Shown: positions 29,143-44,539 of the stretch, piece after piece
Numbering within the stretch: position 1 is the stretch's first letter
Layout of the letters: each line of letters starts with the position of its first letter
Position numbers and translations under genes: made by a program
Notes under the pieces: model-generated
What the model was told of the DNA's origin: nothing
Databases searched by the model: none
The model's input: only the letters and a program-made list of their open reading frames with translations
Assembly: GCF_009914755.1 (NCBI RefSeq)
Contig: NC_060933.1
Origin: the human T2T-CHM13v2.0 reference genome, Homo sapiens
DNA: 64,000 nucleotides
Direction: 5' to 3' (one strand)

Positions 29143-31427
29143 TGCTAGGTATTTCATTTGAAATAGAACACAGTTAAAAGATAATTCTGATAAAAATAGA
29201 TGTTATCAATTATTTGTATAGCTTCAAATAAGTATGTTTTATAATCGAACATATCTATCTATCTATACCAGAGAACTAGGATCAGAGAGTAAAAGTAAAC
29301 AGCAGAAGTGTAAATGTGAAAAGCATGAAAGTAAAGGCAAAGGTAAGAATAAACATATTAGTTAAGAACAAAAGATCATTATGAAACAGGTAAATGTATT
29401 AAATAACGAGAAGCTAGATTTAAAAATACTTGTAAAATATACGAAATACCAGCAGGCTCATAATAGTTTTTAGATTAAAGTAGAAAATCAGAAAGAAAAA
29501 AAACACAAACAACATTAACAACAAAAGAAAAGTGAAGAGTCACAGATACAGAAGAAATTAAAATTTGTAAGTGAATGTTATATAAAAATCTGTAACAATT
29601 AGATAAAAATTTTATAACACACAGTAATATACATTTTTATGGATGCACGTATAGGTAGTCAAATATAAAGCGATGTTACCCACATCTTCAGAATAGTCAT
29701 TTCTAGGGTTATTTCTAGGGAACAAGAGAGGGGAAAGATGAAGTTGGGGCTTTCATTCCATGTGAAATATTTTATTTTTATTTTTAAAAATAGGCTCCGA
29801 AGCAAATTTAATAAATGTTAACAGCTGTTAAATCTGGGTGGTCAATATTTGGGTGTCTGTTATCTCCTGGTCTGACCTTTTCAGAAACATGTGAAATGTT
29901 TCATAATTCAAAATAGAGGAAAAGAAAAGTAAAATAATTCTTGTCATAGAATTTTGGCAAAGTTCTTTTAAATAGCTAAATAAATTAAATTTACTGACTT
30001 TTTTCCCACGCTTATTTTCCTAGTCAAATAATTCAAATGGATTAATCATTGATAATTTCTATTTTTAAAAGTATATTTCCTCTGATTTTACTTTGTTGTA
30101 GGAGTAGCCTAAGCATTTTCTGGGAACACTCATGTACAATAAACATCATATATCTAAATTCTGATTCCCACCCAAGATAGTTGAGGCATCCCATTGCGAT
30201 CACAGTAAGACAACCAAAACTAAAGTCATGAGCCAAACTCTTAATTCATAGCAGTTACCACTGGGGCTGTGTCTCCTCTGATCAGCTGATGTTTCCACCA
30301 ATTCTGCCCCCCACCATCTTTTAGGCATGGTGCCATGTGTGGAATTGGAGTTTTCTGACTCCTGTTCTCCAACCCCAGGCCTAATAAATGAAATGTTCAC
30401 TACTGTTGCCAACACCTCGTGGTTCAACAGTTAACCTACTTCTGTATCCTGCAGCCAGTTTCCCTCTTCTCTTCCCATTCGGGAGTCCTGTCTGCCATTT
30501 GTAGAAACCATCCAGCTCATCTTCCTACTCTTAGTGTTGGGGATTTTTGCCCCTCTTCTTCCTTCAATTTTCATCTCCTTTCACTTAGGGACCACTCAGT
30601 TCAACCTACACCCAATGAGCCTACGTCGTCCTCAAACATAAGTTTGGGTCAGAGCATGGTTTGAGTTCCACTTTCATTTTTACTTCTGACTTGCAAAAGC
30701 TGTTAATAACTCTCTGGGGCAAAATGCTGAGAACTGAAAAGACCAAAACTTGACTCCCTTCTTGTTATACCTAGGAGAAAGAAACAGCATTGCTTATACT
30801 AGCCCTCTATAGTAGCTTGAACAAAATTCTCAATTGATAATTCTACCATATTTGCACAAATACTGCATGATTCCACACTTTCATAAAGTTTCTGTCAACT
30901 CTCCAGATATAAAATCAAATGCTCTTCCAGGAGAGAGTCCTCTAATACAGTTGCACATTTGGTTGGGAAGAGCTCTCCTTACCCTTCAATTTCTTCACAA
31001 TACCTGATTGCTGCCAGGCAGCAATATACAAACATTCTACCTTCTGTTTGCCAGTTCATCACAGCACACCTTATGCTTTTAGCATTATTTGCTCTCTCAC
31101 CTCTGACTTGTCTCTGTTAAAAGACAATTTTAGAGTGAGAAACTCCCGAAGGTCTTCCTATGGAATGAGTGAAGCAAAGAATTAATTGAATCTCTCTGCT
31201 ATCTCCTTTCTCATTTTTTTGATAGCCCTTTTGTCCTGTATCCATCTCATTGTTTTTCTTTGGCTGGGTCCCTTCCTCTAATTTATTTAAAGAACTGTGT
31301 ATTATGGGTTGTGCTGTTGTTTGCAATGGCTCTTAAAATGCTTTTGGATCTGTTTACCTTTGAGTTTACATCTGACCATCCATGTTGCCTGGGTTTCCCT
31401 ATTGCTTCACTTGGATAAACATTTTGC

Positions 31428-31431
<4 letters not shown>

Positions 31432-31466
<35 letters not shown>

Positions 31467-34400
31467 ACTTTAAATTCTGGGATACATATGCAGAATGTGC
31501 AGATTTGTTACATAGGTATACACGTGCCATGGTGGTTTGCTGCACCCATCAACCCATGATCTACACTAGGTATTTCTCCTAATGCTATCCCTGCCCTAGC
31601 CCCCCAAACCCCTACAGGCCCCAGTGTGTGATGTTCTACTCCCTGTGTCCATGTGTTCTCATTGTTCAACTCCCACTTATGAGTGAGAACATATGGTGTT
31701 TGATTTTCTGTTGCTGTGTTAGCTTGCTGAGAATGATGGTTTCCAGCATCATCCATGTCCCTGCAAAGGACATGAACTCATCTATTTTTATGGCTGCATA
31801 GTATTCCATGGTGTATTTGTGCCACATTTTCTTTATCCAGTCTGTCACTGATGGGCATTTGGGTTGCTTCCAAGTCTTTGATATTGTGAATAGTGCTACA
31901 ATAAACATACATGTGCATGTGTCTTAATAGTAGAGTGATTTATAATCCTTTGGCTATATACCCAGTAATGGGATTGCTGGGTCAAATGGTAATTCTAATT
32001 CTAGATCCTTGAGGAATCACCACACTGTCTTCCACAATGGTTGAACCAATCTACACTCCCACCAACAGTGTAAAAGTGTTCCTACTTCTCCACATTCTCT
32101 CCAGCATCCGTTGTTTCCTGACTTTTTAATGATCGCCATTCTAACTGGCGTGAGATGGAATCTCATTGTGGTTTTGATTTACATTTCTCTAATGACCAGT
32201 GATGATGAGCTTTTTTTCATATGTTTATTGGCCACATAAGTGTCTTCTTTTGAGAAGTGTCTATCCTTCACCCACTTTTTGATGGGGTTGTGTTTTTTTC
32301 TTGTAAATGTGTTTAAGTTCCTTGTAGACTCTGGATATTAGCCCTTTGTCAGATGAATAGATTGCAAAAATTTTCCCTCATTTTCTAGGTTGCCTGTTCA
32401 CACAGATGATAGTTTCTTTTGCTCTGCAGAAGCTCTTTAGTTTAATTAGATCCCATTTGTCAATTTTGGCTTTTGTTGCCATTGCTTGTGGTGTTTTAGT
32501 CATGAAGTCTATGCCTATGCCTATGTCCTGAATGGTATTGCCTAGGTTTTCTTCTAGGGTTCTTATGGTTTTCAGTCTTATGTTTAAGTCTTTAATACAT
32601 CTTGAATTAATTTTTGTATAAGGTGTAAGGAAGGGGTTCAGTCAACACCCTAATATCACAATTAAAAGAACTAGAGAGGTGAGAGCAAACAAATTCAAAA
32701 GCTAGTGGAAGACAAGATATAACTAAGATCAGAGCAGAACTAAGGAGATAGAGACATGAAAAACCCTTTAAAAGATCAATGAATCCAGGAGTTGGTTTTT
32801 TGAAAAGATTAACAAAATAGATAGACCACTAGCTGGACTAACGAATAAAAGAGAGAAGAATCAAATAGACACAATAAAAAATGATAAAGGGGAGTTCACC
32901 ACTGATCCCACAGAAATACAAACTACCATCAGAGTATACTATAAACACCTCTATGCAAATAAACTAGAAAATCTAGAAGAAATGGATAAATTTCTGGACA
33001 CATACACCCTCCCAAGACTAAACCAGGAAGAAGTTGAATCCCTGAATAGACCAATAACAAGTTCTGAAATTGAGGCAGTAATTAATAGCCTACCAACCAA
33101 AAGAAAGTCCAGGACCAGACCGATTCACAGCCAAATTCTACCAGAGGTACAAAGAGGAGCTGGTACCATTCCTTCTGAAACTATTTCAATCAATAGAAAA
33201 AGAGGGACTCCTCTTTAACTCATTTTATGAGGCCAGCATCATCCAGATACCAAAACCCAGCAGAGACGAAAAAAAAAAAAAAAAGAAAGAAAATTTCAGG
33301 CCAATATCGCTGATGAACATTGATGCAAAAATCCTCTATAAAATACTGGCAAACTGAATCCAGCAGCACATCAAAAAGCTTATCCACCACGATCAAGTCA
33401 GCTGCATCCCTGAGATGCAAGGCTGGTTCAACATACACTGATCAATAAATGTAATCCATCACATAAACACAACCAATGACAAAAACCTCATGATTATCTC
33501 AATAGATGCAGAAAAGGCCATCGATAAAATTCAACACCCCTTCATGCTAAAAACCCTTGATAAACTAGGTATTGATGGAAAGTATATCAAAATAATAAGA
33601 GCTATTTATGACAAACCCACAGCCATTATCATACTGAATGGGCAAAAGCTGGAAGCATTCCCTTTGAAAACTGGCACAAGACAAGAATACCCTCTCTCAC
33701 CACTCCTATTCAACACAGTATTGGAAGTTCTGGTCAGAGCAGTCAGGCAAGAGAAAGAAATCGTATTCACATAGAAAGAGAGGAAGTCAAATTGTCTCTG
33801 TTTGCAGATGACATGATTGTATATTTAGAAAACCCCATCGTCTCAGCCCAAAATCTCCTTAAGCTGATAAGCAACGTCAGTCAAATCTCAGAATATAAAA
33901 TCAGTGTGTAAAAATCACAAGCATTCCTCTACACCAATAACAGACAAACAGAGAGCCAAATCGTGAGTGAGCTCCCATTCACAGTTGCTACAAAGAGAAT
34001 AAAATACCTAGGAATACAAGTTAGAAAGGGATGTGAAGGACCTCTTCAAGGAGAACTACAAACCACTGCTCAAGGCAATAAGAGAGGACACAAACAAATG
34101 GAAAAACATTTTATGCTCATGGATAGGAAGAATCAATATCGTGAAAGTGGCCATACTGACCAAAGTGATTTATAGATTCAATGCTATTCCCATCAAGCTA
34201 CCATTGACTTTCTTCACAGAATTAGAAAAAACTACTTTAAAGTTCATATGGAACCAAAAAAGAGCCCATATAGCCAAGACAATCCTAAGCAAAAAGAACA
34301 AAGCAGGAGGTGGGAGGCATCATGCTACCTGACTTCAAACTATACTACAAGGCTACAGTAACCAAAGCAGCATGGTACTGGTATCAAAACAGAGATATAG

Positions 34401-34540
34401 ACCAATGGAACAGAACACAGGCCTCAGAAATAACACCACACATCTTCAGCCACCTGATCTTTGACAAACCAGACAAAAACAAGCAATGGGGAAAGGATTC
34501 CCTATTTAATGAAAACTGGCTAGCCATATGCAGAAAACTG
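31432..34540 (-). mobile_element. L1PA (about L1PA7-like), 5'-truncated with twin-priming 5' inversion
   Basis: (ATT)n tail at 31432-31465; 3' part on minus strand to ~32642; ORF2 segment on plus strand 32642-34544. 15-bp TSD AAACATTTTGCTTTT at 31417-31431 and 34541-34555. Confidence 0.95.
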
Positions 34541-34924
34541 AAACATTTTGCTTTTTTAAATGATGCTTTTCTCTAGAATAACTTTTTGGATTTTGCTAGT
34601 AATGCAGGCAGAATTTTGTTTGAATGTCTAACTTTTAGCTGTATGGTGTACACCTTTCTTGGCCTTCTAACTTCTGATAGGTATTGGTAGAGGTCTCTAG
34701 GCTTTCTGTAGGTATACTGCAGACACAGACACACATACACTCTTTTAATTTTTTCCCAAATGCTTTTTTGGTTCCTTTTTTTCTAAAATTGAGTAATCTA
34801 GCAATTTTATTTTGCTTTACTTTCTCTCTGAAATGTTGAACTTAATCCTTTTGTGATCATCATTTAAAACATACCTCATTACTTCCTGAACAAACTCCTA
34901 ATCTAGTTGATATACCAATTCCTT

Positions 34925-35612
34925 ATTGTTGTACTACAAGCCAACCCCAAAATCAGTGGCTTAAAAAAAAACAAGCCTTTATTACTGTTCATGAGACTAA
35001 GTGTCAACTGAGGAGTTATTCTGTTCTTGTTGAGCTTACCCACATCTCTGTGGTCAGTCGTAGATTGGTGTAGGCAGCTGTAAGTCAGCTGGCTATCAGC
35101 TGGTCAAAAACAGTTTCTGGAACTACTGAATTTCCTTACATGGTCTCTTAATCTTCCAGCAGGCTAGTCCTAACTTAGCAAAATGGTGGTGACAGAATTC
35201 CAGCAGAGTATGGAAGCAGAATATGCTTCTTGAAATTTAGACTCAGAGCTGACACATCATTACTTCAGCCACATTCTATTGGTCAAAGCAAATCATAAGG
35301 CCAGCTCAGTTGCCATGGATAGAGAAAGAAACTCCAGTTCTTAAAGGAGGGGTGCAAAGTCATGTTTTGGTTTTGGTTTCGGTTTTGAGACAGAGTCTCA
35401 CTCTGTCATCCAGGCTGCAGTGGAGTGGTGCAATCTCAGCTCACTGTAACCTCCGCCTCCTGAGTTCAAGCAATTCTTCTGCCTCAGCCTCCTGAGTAGC
35501 TGGGAATACAAGCGCATGCCACCATGCCCAGCTAGCAAAGTCATGTTATAAGTGACGTAGGTACAGGGAGAGGACTAACTGGGGCAATCGTTACACTCAA
35601 TCTGCCTGCTGC
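34925..35612 (-). mobile_element. Old MaLR LTR (MLT1), interrupted by an Alu half
   Basis: CCCCAAAATCAGTGGCTTAAAA and CCACATTCTATTGGTCAAAGCAAATCATAAGGCCAGC motifs. Confidence 0.7.
35367..35534 (-). mobile_element. 5'-truncated Alu (right monomer only)
   Basis: Reverse Alu right arm with (TTTTGG)n tail. 13-bp TSD GCAAAGTCATGTT at 35354-35366 and 35535-35547. Confidence 0.92.
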
Positions 35613-35667
35613 AGTTGACTTCCGTTAACTTTATATTCAGAAAATGACAGTAAATTTAAAATATTTA

Positions 35668-37170
<1,503 letters not shown>

Positions 37171-37341
37171 AAAAATAATATTAATTTGAAATAAGACAGA
37201 GTGGCTGACTACATTAAAAAACACGGCTATATATTCTGAAAGCACACACACAGAGAGAGAGAGAAAGAGGAGATTAATACTTCTACAAACTGATGGCTGG
37301 ATGTGGAATCCCTCCCTTGGAAATAACTCTCTCTCTCTCTA

Positions 37342-37600
37342 GTAGTTAAAGGAAGCTGCTCTGGAATATGGTGGCTTAGTTCAAAACTGGGCTGCCCCCT
37401 CACCAGCTTTGCCACTTTAGGAAAGCTGCTGCCTCTACCTGTGACACAGTTTCTCCTTCTGTAAAATGGGGATAATGGCATTTTCCCACAGGGCTGCTGT
37501 GAGGATTTGATGAGACAATATGTGTTAAGAGCTTTGCACAGTGCCGGGAACACAATAAGAGCTCCGTAAATAAATGTGAGCTCATAGTATGGTTGTCATC
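37342..37600 (+). mobile_element. MIR
   Basis: CAGTTTCTCCTTCTGTAAAATGGGGATAAT..GTGAGGATT..GCACAGTGCC.GG.ACACAATAAG core. Confidence 0.85.
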
Positions 37601-37739
37601 ATTGTTGCCATTACCTCCCTCAGAGGGATGCTCAAGTCCCCCACGCTCCCCAAACCTTCAGGGAGAAAATGGGGACACTGTGCTGAAATGCCCCAGCCTC
37701 CTTAGAGTTTCTAACTGAAAATCTTAAAAGCGACAAACA

Positions 37740-39650
37740 ATTCATTTTGTGAGACCAGTATTATAAGGACATTACAGTAATAGAATATTACAGATCAATA
37801 TTCCTGATGAATGCAAATGTAAAAATTTTCAAGCAGCAAATCAAATTCAATGCCACATTGAAAGGATCATACACTTCGTCCAACTGGGTTTTACCCCTGG
37901 GATGCAAGGATAGTTCAACATACAAAAATCAATCAACGTGATACATCATATCAATAGAACAGAATGAATAATGAAAATCACATGAACACTCAACAAACTA
38001 GGAATAGAATAAAATACCTTAACATAATAAAGGCCAAATATGAAAAGCCCACAGCTAACGTCATACTCAGTGGTGAAAAAATGAAATTTTTTCATTTAAG
38101 ATCAGGACCAAGTCAAAAAACCCACCCACACCACTTCTATTCAACATATTATTGAAATTCCTGGCCAGAACAATTAGGCAAGAAAAAATAAACAGAAGGC
38201 ATCCAAATTGGAATGGAATAAGTAAAATTATGTTTTTAGAATACATTATCCTACATGGAGAAAACCTTAAGAATTTCATAAATCTGTTTGAACTAATAAA
38301 CAAATTCAGTAAACTTTCAGGATACAAAATTAATGTATGAAAATCAGTTACATTTCTATACATTAACAATAAACAATACAAAAAAGAAATTGAGAAAAAA
38401 ATTTCATTTATAATATTCTAAAGAGAATAAAATACTTAGGAATAAACTTAACCAAAGAGGCATAAACTTGTACACTGAAAACCATAAAACATGGCTGAAA
38501 GAAATAAAATAATACACCAATAAATGAAAATAAATTCTGTGTTGATGAATAGGAAGATTTAATATTATTAAAATGATCCTATTACTCCATGTAATGTACA
38601 GATTCCATACAATCTTTATCAAAATTCCAATGACATTTTTTAAAGAAATAAAAAAATCTAAAATTCAAATGGAAGCACAAAGGACCTGAACAGCCAAAAT
38701 GATCTTCAAGAAAAAGATGAAAGCTGGGAGTCTCATACGTCTTCATTTCAAAACATATTACAAAGCTACAGTAATCAAACCAGTATGGTACTAACATAAA
38801 GTCAGACATATAAACCAACAGAAAAGAATAGAGGGCCCATAAATCTGTGCATATATGGTCAACTAATATTTGAAAGGGGATCAAGAACACACAATGGGTA
38901 AAGAATAGTCTCTTCAACCAGTGGTCTTGGGGAAACTGTATATCCACATGCAAATGAATAAAATTGGAACCTAGTCTTTCACCATCTACAAAAATCAATT
39001 CAAAATGGATTCAAGATTTAAGCCTGAGGTCTGGAAATATAAAACTCCTAGAAGACAACATATGGGGGGAAAAGCTTCATGATATTGGTCTTGGCAATTA
39101 TTTCTTGGATATGAACCCAAATGCACAGGCAGCAAAAGTAAAAACAGACAAGTGAGAAAACATAAAACTAACACTGTGCACTTCTGCACAACAAAGAACA
39201 CAATCAACAGAGTGAAAAAATGAGAGAAAATATGTATGGACCTAAATGTCCATCAAAGGATAAATGGATAAAGAAAATGTGGTATGTACATACAAAGGAA
39301 CATTATTTGGTCTTAAGAAGGGAACCCAGCATATGAAGTAACAGGAATGAACCTGGAGGACATTATGCTGAGTGAAATAAGCCCATCTCTGAAGGACACA
39401 TGCTACATGATTCCGCTTATATGAGATATCTAAAGTAGTCCAGCTTATCGAAGCACGAAGGGGCAGAGGCAGAGGAAGAAATAGAAAGTTGCTGTTCAAT
39501 AGGTATTAAATTTCTGTTATGCAAGATGAAAAAGTTCTGGAGACCTACTGTACAACATGGTGCCTATAGCTAACAATACTGTATTGTACATTTAAAATGT
39601 TGTTAAGAGGTTAAATTTCATGTTTGTGTCTTTTACCACAATAAAAAAAA
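37740..39650 (+). mobile_element. LINE-1 (L1MA9/L1MB-like) ORF2 remnant plus 3' UTR
   Basis: ORF2 fragments (KAKYEKPTANVILSGEK, LINKFSKLSGYKINV). 3' end TTTTACCACAATAAAAAAAA. Confidence 0.88.
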
Positions 39651-39844
39651 GAACATGTAAGAAAGTTCATGTCTATCATATGATAGTGCCCATGCTATCT
39701 GGAAAAGAACCATATTGAGAAAAGCATGATATAATCCAGTAGCAAAGATTTTTTTCTTAGTGACCCTAGGCACAAATGTTTTTGGAATTTAGAGCCTTGT
39801 GTTTTATTACCTTGAAATAGTATCGCCCAGTTTAAGCTTTTTAG

Positions 39845-39980
39845 TTTCTTTATGCCTCAGTTTCCTCATATGTAAAATAGAGTTTTACATATTTTATGGA
39901 AGTTTTTAGGCAAATTTAATGGGATTAATTCATATAAATGCATTACAGAAACGTATCACTCAATAAATGATAGCTATATT
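39845..39980 (+). mobile_element. MIR fragment
   Basis: GCCTCAGTTTCCTCATATGTAAAAT..CTCAATAAATGATAGCTAT. Confidence 0.7.
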
Positions 39981-40347
39981 TATACTTCCCAAAAGCTACA
40001 GTGTGATTAAATCAGGTTTCTTTGACCCGATAGGGAACACTACATACTAAGCCAGTGTGGAAGCCTGAGTTGTCTTTTATACTCTGTCCATAGATAACTT
40101 GACTTTGGCTCATGCTCTGATCAATACATGGCCTGATCTGTTGTGACTCAGTAGCAAAGTTGGCAATATCACTTAGGAGGATTTCCTTGGCAAAACTATC
40201 TTTTTAAAGAAATCAAGCAATTTATTATGTCACATAAAAAGAAATAAGAAGTAGAGTAATTTTTCAGGTTTATTTAGCAATTCAATGAAGTCAGCAAGGA
40301 CATGTGTCTTTCTATCTTTGTGTTCAACTATGTTTTGTCCATCATCA

Positions 40348-40683
<336 letters not shown>

Positions 40684-42108
40684 TAACGATCGTAAGACAT
40701 CTGCAAGAAGCAGATGGAGAAATAAATACATGATAATTTGTGATCTGCAGAATCGCAAGCTAAAGCTAGAGAGAGAAGAGAAAGAGAAACTTGTGTCCCA
40801 GAAACTTGTGTAAGTATGCCTTTCTCTTCAGTCTGATTGGGCCATTTTAAATGAATCCACTCCTGGATAACAGGAAAATATATCTCAATTAAATTGCTCC
40901 AATCAGAATTTCTTCTGAAACTGAAAAAGGAATGAATATCTGAACAAAACTGTGAGAGTTAGAAACAGGAAGTGGAGGTGAATGTTGGGTAGTCTGCCAA
41001 CCATGTTGACTAAACTCAATTTCCCGAAATGTACACAGCATACACTAAAGCAATCTGTGTCCGAAAGATTCACTTCAGGTTAAATTCTGAGAAGGGTCAA
41101 TTATCAGGTATGTGAGCTTTCATTGACTTCAGGAACTGCAGTGTATATCTTACAAGGATATTTAAAATTTTTTCACCCCAAAATATAACTTATATGCTAA
41201 GTTATATCGATATTAAAATATAACCATAAATGTGGGTCAAAATAATTCAATTTTATTTATTGGATTTATTCTATTTCTTTTGTGTTTTTTTAATGCTAAT
41301 ATCTAGAATCTAGAATTTCGATGCTGACAGGAAGTATTATAAATTGGGTTTCCTGATACTGTGTTTTAAAAATTTTTATTAGCAGATTTGAAACTGCACT
41401 GACACTAATTTAAATTTTACAAGTAATTTTCTGCATTTTACGAAATGTCTAAAGTATATTTAGAACTAGCTATGTAGCCACTAGGAAGAAAGTGTGAAAG
41501 AACAGTAGAGAGTGGAGGTGGTTAGCTAATGTCTTTTAGTGCATGATTGGACTCTGAGTATATTTTAACATGTCGTGAGTGTACCAGTTAAAAGACTAAT
41601 TGTTAACATGAGAAAAGAAATGGAGCTAAGTTTAAAAACAGAATGAGGAGAATCATTGATTAGTTCTCTATTTTTACAGCAGAAAATGTGACTTAGGTGT
41701 TTAAATTGTGAAGTCATTTGCAGAGAACACACATAAATAGTTCTCAGTAGATATTCTTTTACCTATATTTAGTATAAAGGCAGTCACTATTCTTAGCATA
41801 ATTATTCCATTTTTCTTCATATAGTTTCATTGCTCTTGGTCAGAACAATGACACACTCATTATTTCTGTCCAGATTTTCAAGGATTATTGACGCAGTTGA
41901 TGATATTTTCCTACAACCTACGTTAACAGCACCCATTGTTCAGAATATAGACTCTCACAGGATTGAGGTACGAGCACAGTTTAGATCTTAAGCCACGCCG
42001 GCTTGTGGGTAAAACTTGGAGTAAAATTAACCTCTAGGCCTAAATCTCACAGGCTTATTTAGATTTACCTTTATAATCCCAGGACATTGACTACTGTCTG
42101 AAGTACTC

Positions 42109-42546
42109 TGTGTTAGTTTCCTAGAGTTGCTGTAACAAAGTGCCACAAAAATGGGTGGTTTAGAACAAGTGACAGTTATTGTCTCACAGATTTGGAGGCT
42201 GGAAGTTCAAAATCACGGCGGGCAGGGCCATGTTCCTTCTGAAGGCAGGATCTGCTCCAGGGCTCTCTCCTACTTTATGGTAGCCTCGGGCATGCTGTGG
42301 CTTGTGCATAGCTCTCTTCTCCCCATGTCTCTTCACATCCTCTTCTCTCCATGTACGCCTCTGTGTCCAGCTTTCCACTTCTCTTAAGGATACAGTCGTA
42401 TTGGATTAAATCCCATCTTCATCACCTCATTTAATTTAGTTACCTTTGTAAAAACCCTATTTCCACATAAGGTCACATTCTGAGGTACTGGGGGTTATGA
42501 TTTTAACTTATCTTTTGGGAGGGGGTACACAATTCAGCCCGTGACA
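42109..42546 (-). mobile_element. MaLR solo LTR (MLT1A-C-like)
   Basis: TG..CA termini; TTAGTTTCCTAG..GCTGTAACAAAGTGCCACAAA and GGTCACATTCTGAGGTACTGGGGGTTA motifs. Confidence 0.85.
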
Positions 42547-42779
42547 TGTGCCTCCTTACCTTAGACCAGTGAAGGTCCCCGGCTCATATCTGGCATGGGC
42601 TGCCTTGGGTCACCACCCAGATGCTACTCCCCACATATTCCGGGCCATAGGGTTCAACATACTGCTTAGGCTGCAGCTCTAGTCAAACAATTGTTAGTTG
42701 AATGACTACTGCTTGCTAGCCTTGGGGATACATTAGAAATGGTTGTTGTCTACAAATAAATAAATAACAGTATAATTAG

Positions 42780-43875
42780 AAATGATGTTCTATGTTTTGG
42801 AGTATATGAGTAGGGTGGAGGGAAAAAGAATAATAATAAGGGGAGGGTACCCACCTACCTAGGTTAGTCACAGAAAGCTACTCTGAGTAGGTGACCTTTT
42901 GACCTAGGCCGGAAGGATGAGAAAAGATCAGCAGAAGATGAAAAACAGATAATTTCTTATTCCAGGCAGAAAAAATAGCATGTGCAAAGGCCCTGAGGCA
43001 GGAAAGAGGTGAGCCTATTTTAAGATCTGAAAGGCAGATAAGATATCTAGACTTTGCTATTACCCATTTTATAGAGCAATAGAGTAATATTTCCTAACGT
43101 ATATAATAAAGGCAGAATTGGGATTGGATCTACTTTACTTTGTCCTCACCAATGCGTATTCTTCCCCTAAACAGATTAATTACTGAGTCCTGCTGGTTGT
43201 ATCTGCCTTCCTCTCTATCCTTACTCCTACTTATATAGGAGTGGACACTTGCCACCTTCTATGAGATTCCTATATCAGCCTTCCCTAATGACAGCAGACC
43301 TGTCCTCTTAAAATTCATTCTTCACACTCCAGCCAGAGAGGACAGATAGCTGAGTTTCTGTTTGGCTTAACACCCACTGCTGAACCCACACCCTCTACAG
43401 CATGCCCCTAGGAGGCTCACTGTGATCTCTGAGGACTGCCATGCTGTGGCCTCTGTTCCTAATTCAGGCCAACTGTCTGCCATCCTGCTGTCAGCCCCGA
43501 GCACCATGGACTGTTTTTGCAGTCCTCCTCTTTATTATGCTGTTTTGCACCCCTAGCCTGTGCTGATGCTGTGCCTTGCTATAGGTAAGTTTTGGTGAAG
43601 TCTATTAAATACTTTAACATCTAGCTGATGGCCTTCCTCCTCTAAGATGCGTTCCCAGAACTTTTGACTAAGCTACATGGCCTTCCTTGGTGCTTCCATG
43701 TGCACATCCCTATCATTGCCCTCAGCACATTGCTCTTCAATGGTCTGTTGATGGGTTTTTTCATTGAGAACAATTTCAGGCAGACACTGTGCTTTCATCT
43801 TTGTACATACCCAGTACAGTGCCTGGAACATAGTGGATATTCAACAGTTTTCTGCTGAGTATGTGGATGAATGAC
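42780..43875. mobile_element. L2 and MIR fragments (L2 minus ~42780-43040, MIR ~43055-43160, L2 plus 3' end ~43180-43875)
   Basis: TTCCAGGCAGA..AGCATGTGCAAAGGCCCTGAGGCAGGAAAGAG and ACAGTGCCTGGAACATAGT..GAATGA L2 motifs. Confidence 0.7.
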
Positions 43876-44252
43876 AATTTCCAAGACATAGTTGAGAAAA
43901 AAACTTCGTAAGTTTGAAGCTACCTTGGATGTTTTAGAGAATCCAACAACCACTTTCTTCTAATTTATTCCTTCCCTCCTTGTTCAAAAATTCCCTTTAT
44001 GCCAGTTTCTGGGCCTCAGAAGCCTCACCATACTCATACACCCTGCTGGAAGCCACAACTGTATTTGAATTGTCAGTCATAACACCTTATTCCCACCACT
44101 TCACACTCAATGTGAACCCAAGTACAATATCCTACAAGGAAATCATAACCTCTCTCTGCTTCTGGATTATGGTGCTCTACACAATAGTACCTCTAAGACT
44201 CGCCCTAAGATGTCTAAGTGCATCTCCATGAACTGCCACAATAGTCTCCAGG

Positions 44253-44274
44253 TGCCCTTCCACGTGGAAGGGCA
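44253..44274. repeat. Perfect 22-bp palindrome TGCCCTTCCACGTGGAAGGGCA
   Basis: Self-reverse-complementary with a central CACGTG. Overlaps the start of the inverted-repeat left arm. Confidence 0.97.
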
Positions 44275-44539
44275 TTTCACTCAAAGCATGACTGGCAGCT
44301 CAAGTAGAGCAACAAGATGAGTGTGGGCAGCCCTGTGTCTTGCCAGGTCAGTGCTGGCGGCTGTGAGAGAGGCGATGACCCATGCAGGCGCTGCAGCAGC
44401 AATACAGAGGCTATGCAGGAAATGGGGAGTGGGAGAATTGCTGCAGCAGCAGAACTGCCACCCACTGGGAGATATCAACTACCCAGGGCTCGACCTGGCA
44501 AAGGGAACATTCCTGTGATTCTGCGGGGTAAAATTCAGA
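44272..44539 (+). repeat. Inverted repeat, left arm (268 bp)
   Basis: Ungapped reverse complement of 45299-45566 with 5 mismatches (44304, 44319, 44362, 44388, 44389). Near-identical ORFs appear on opposite strands in the ORF track. Confidence 0.98.
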
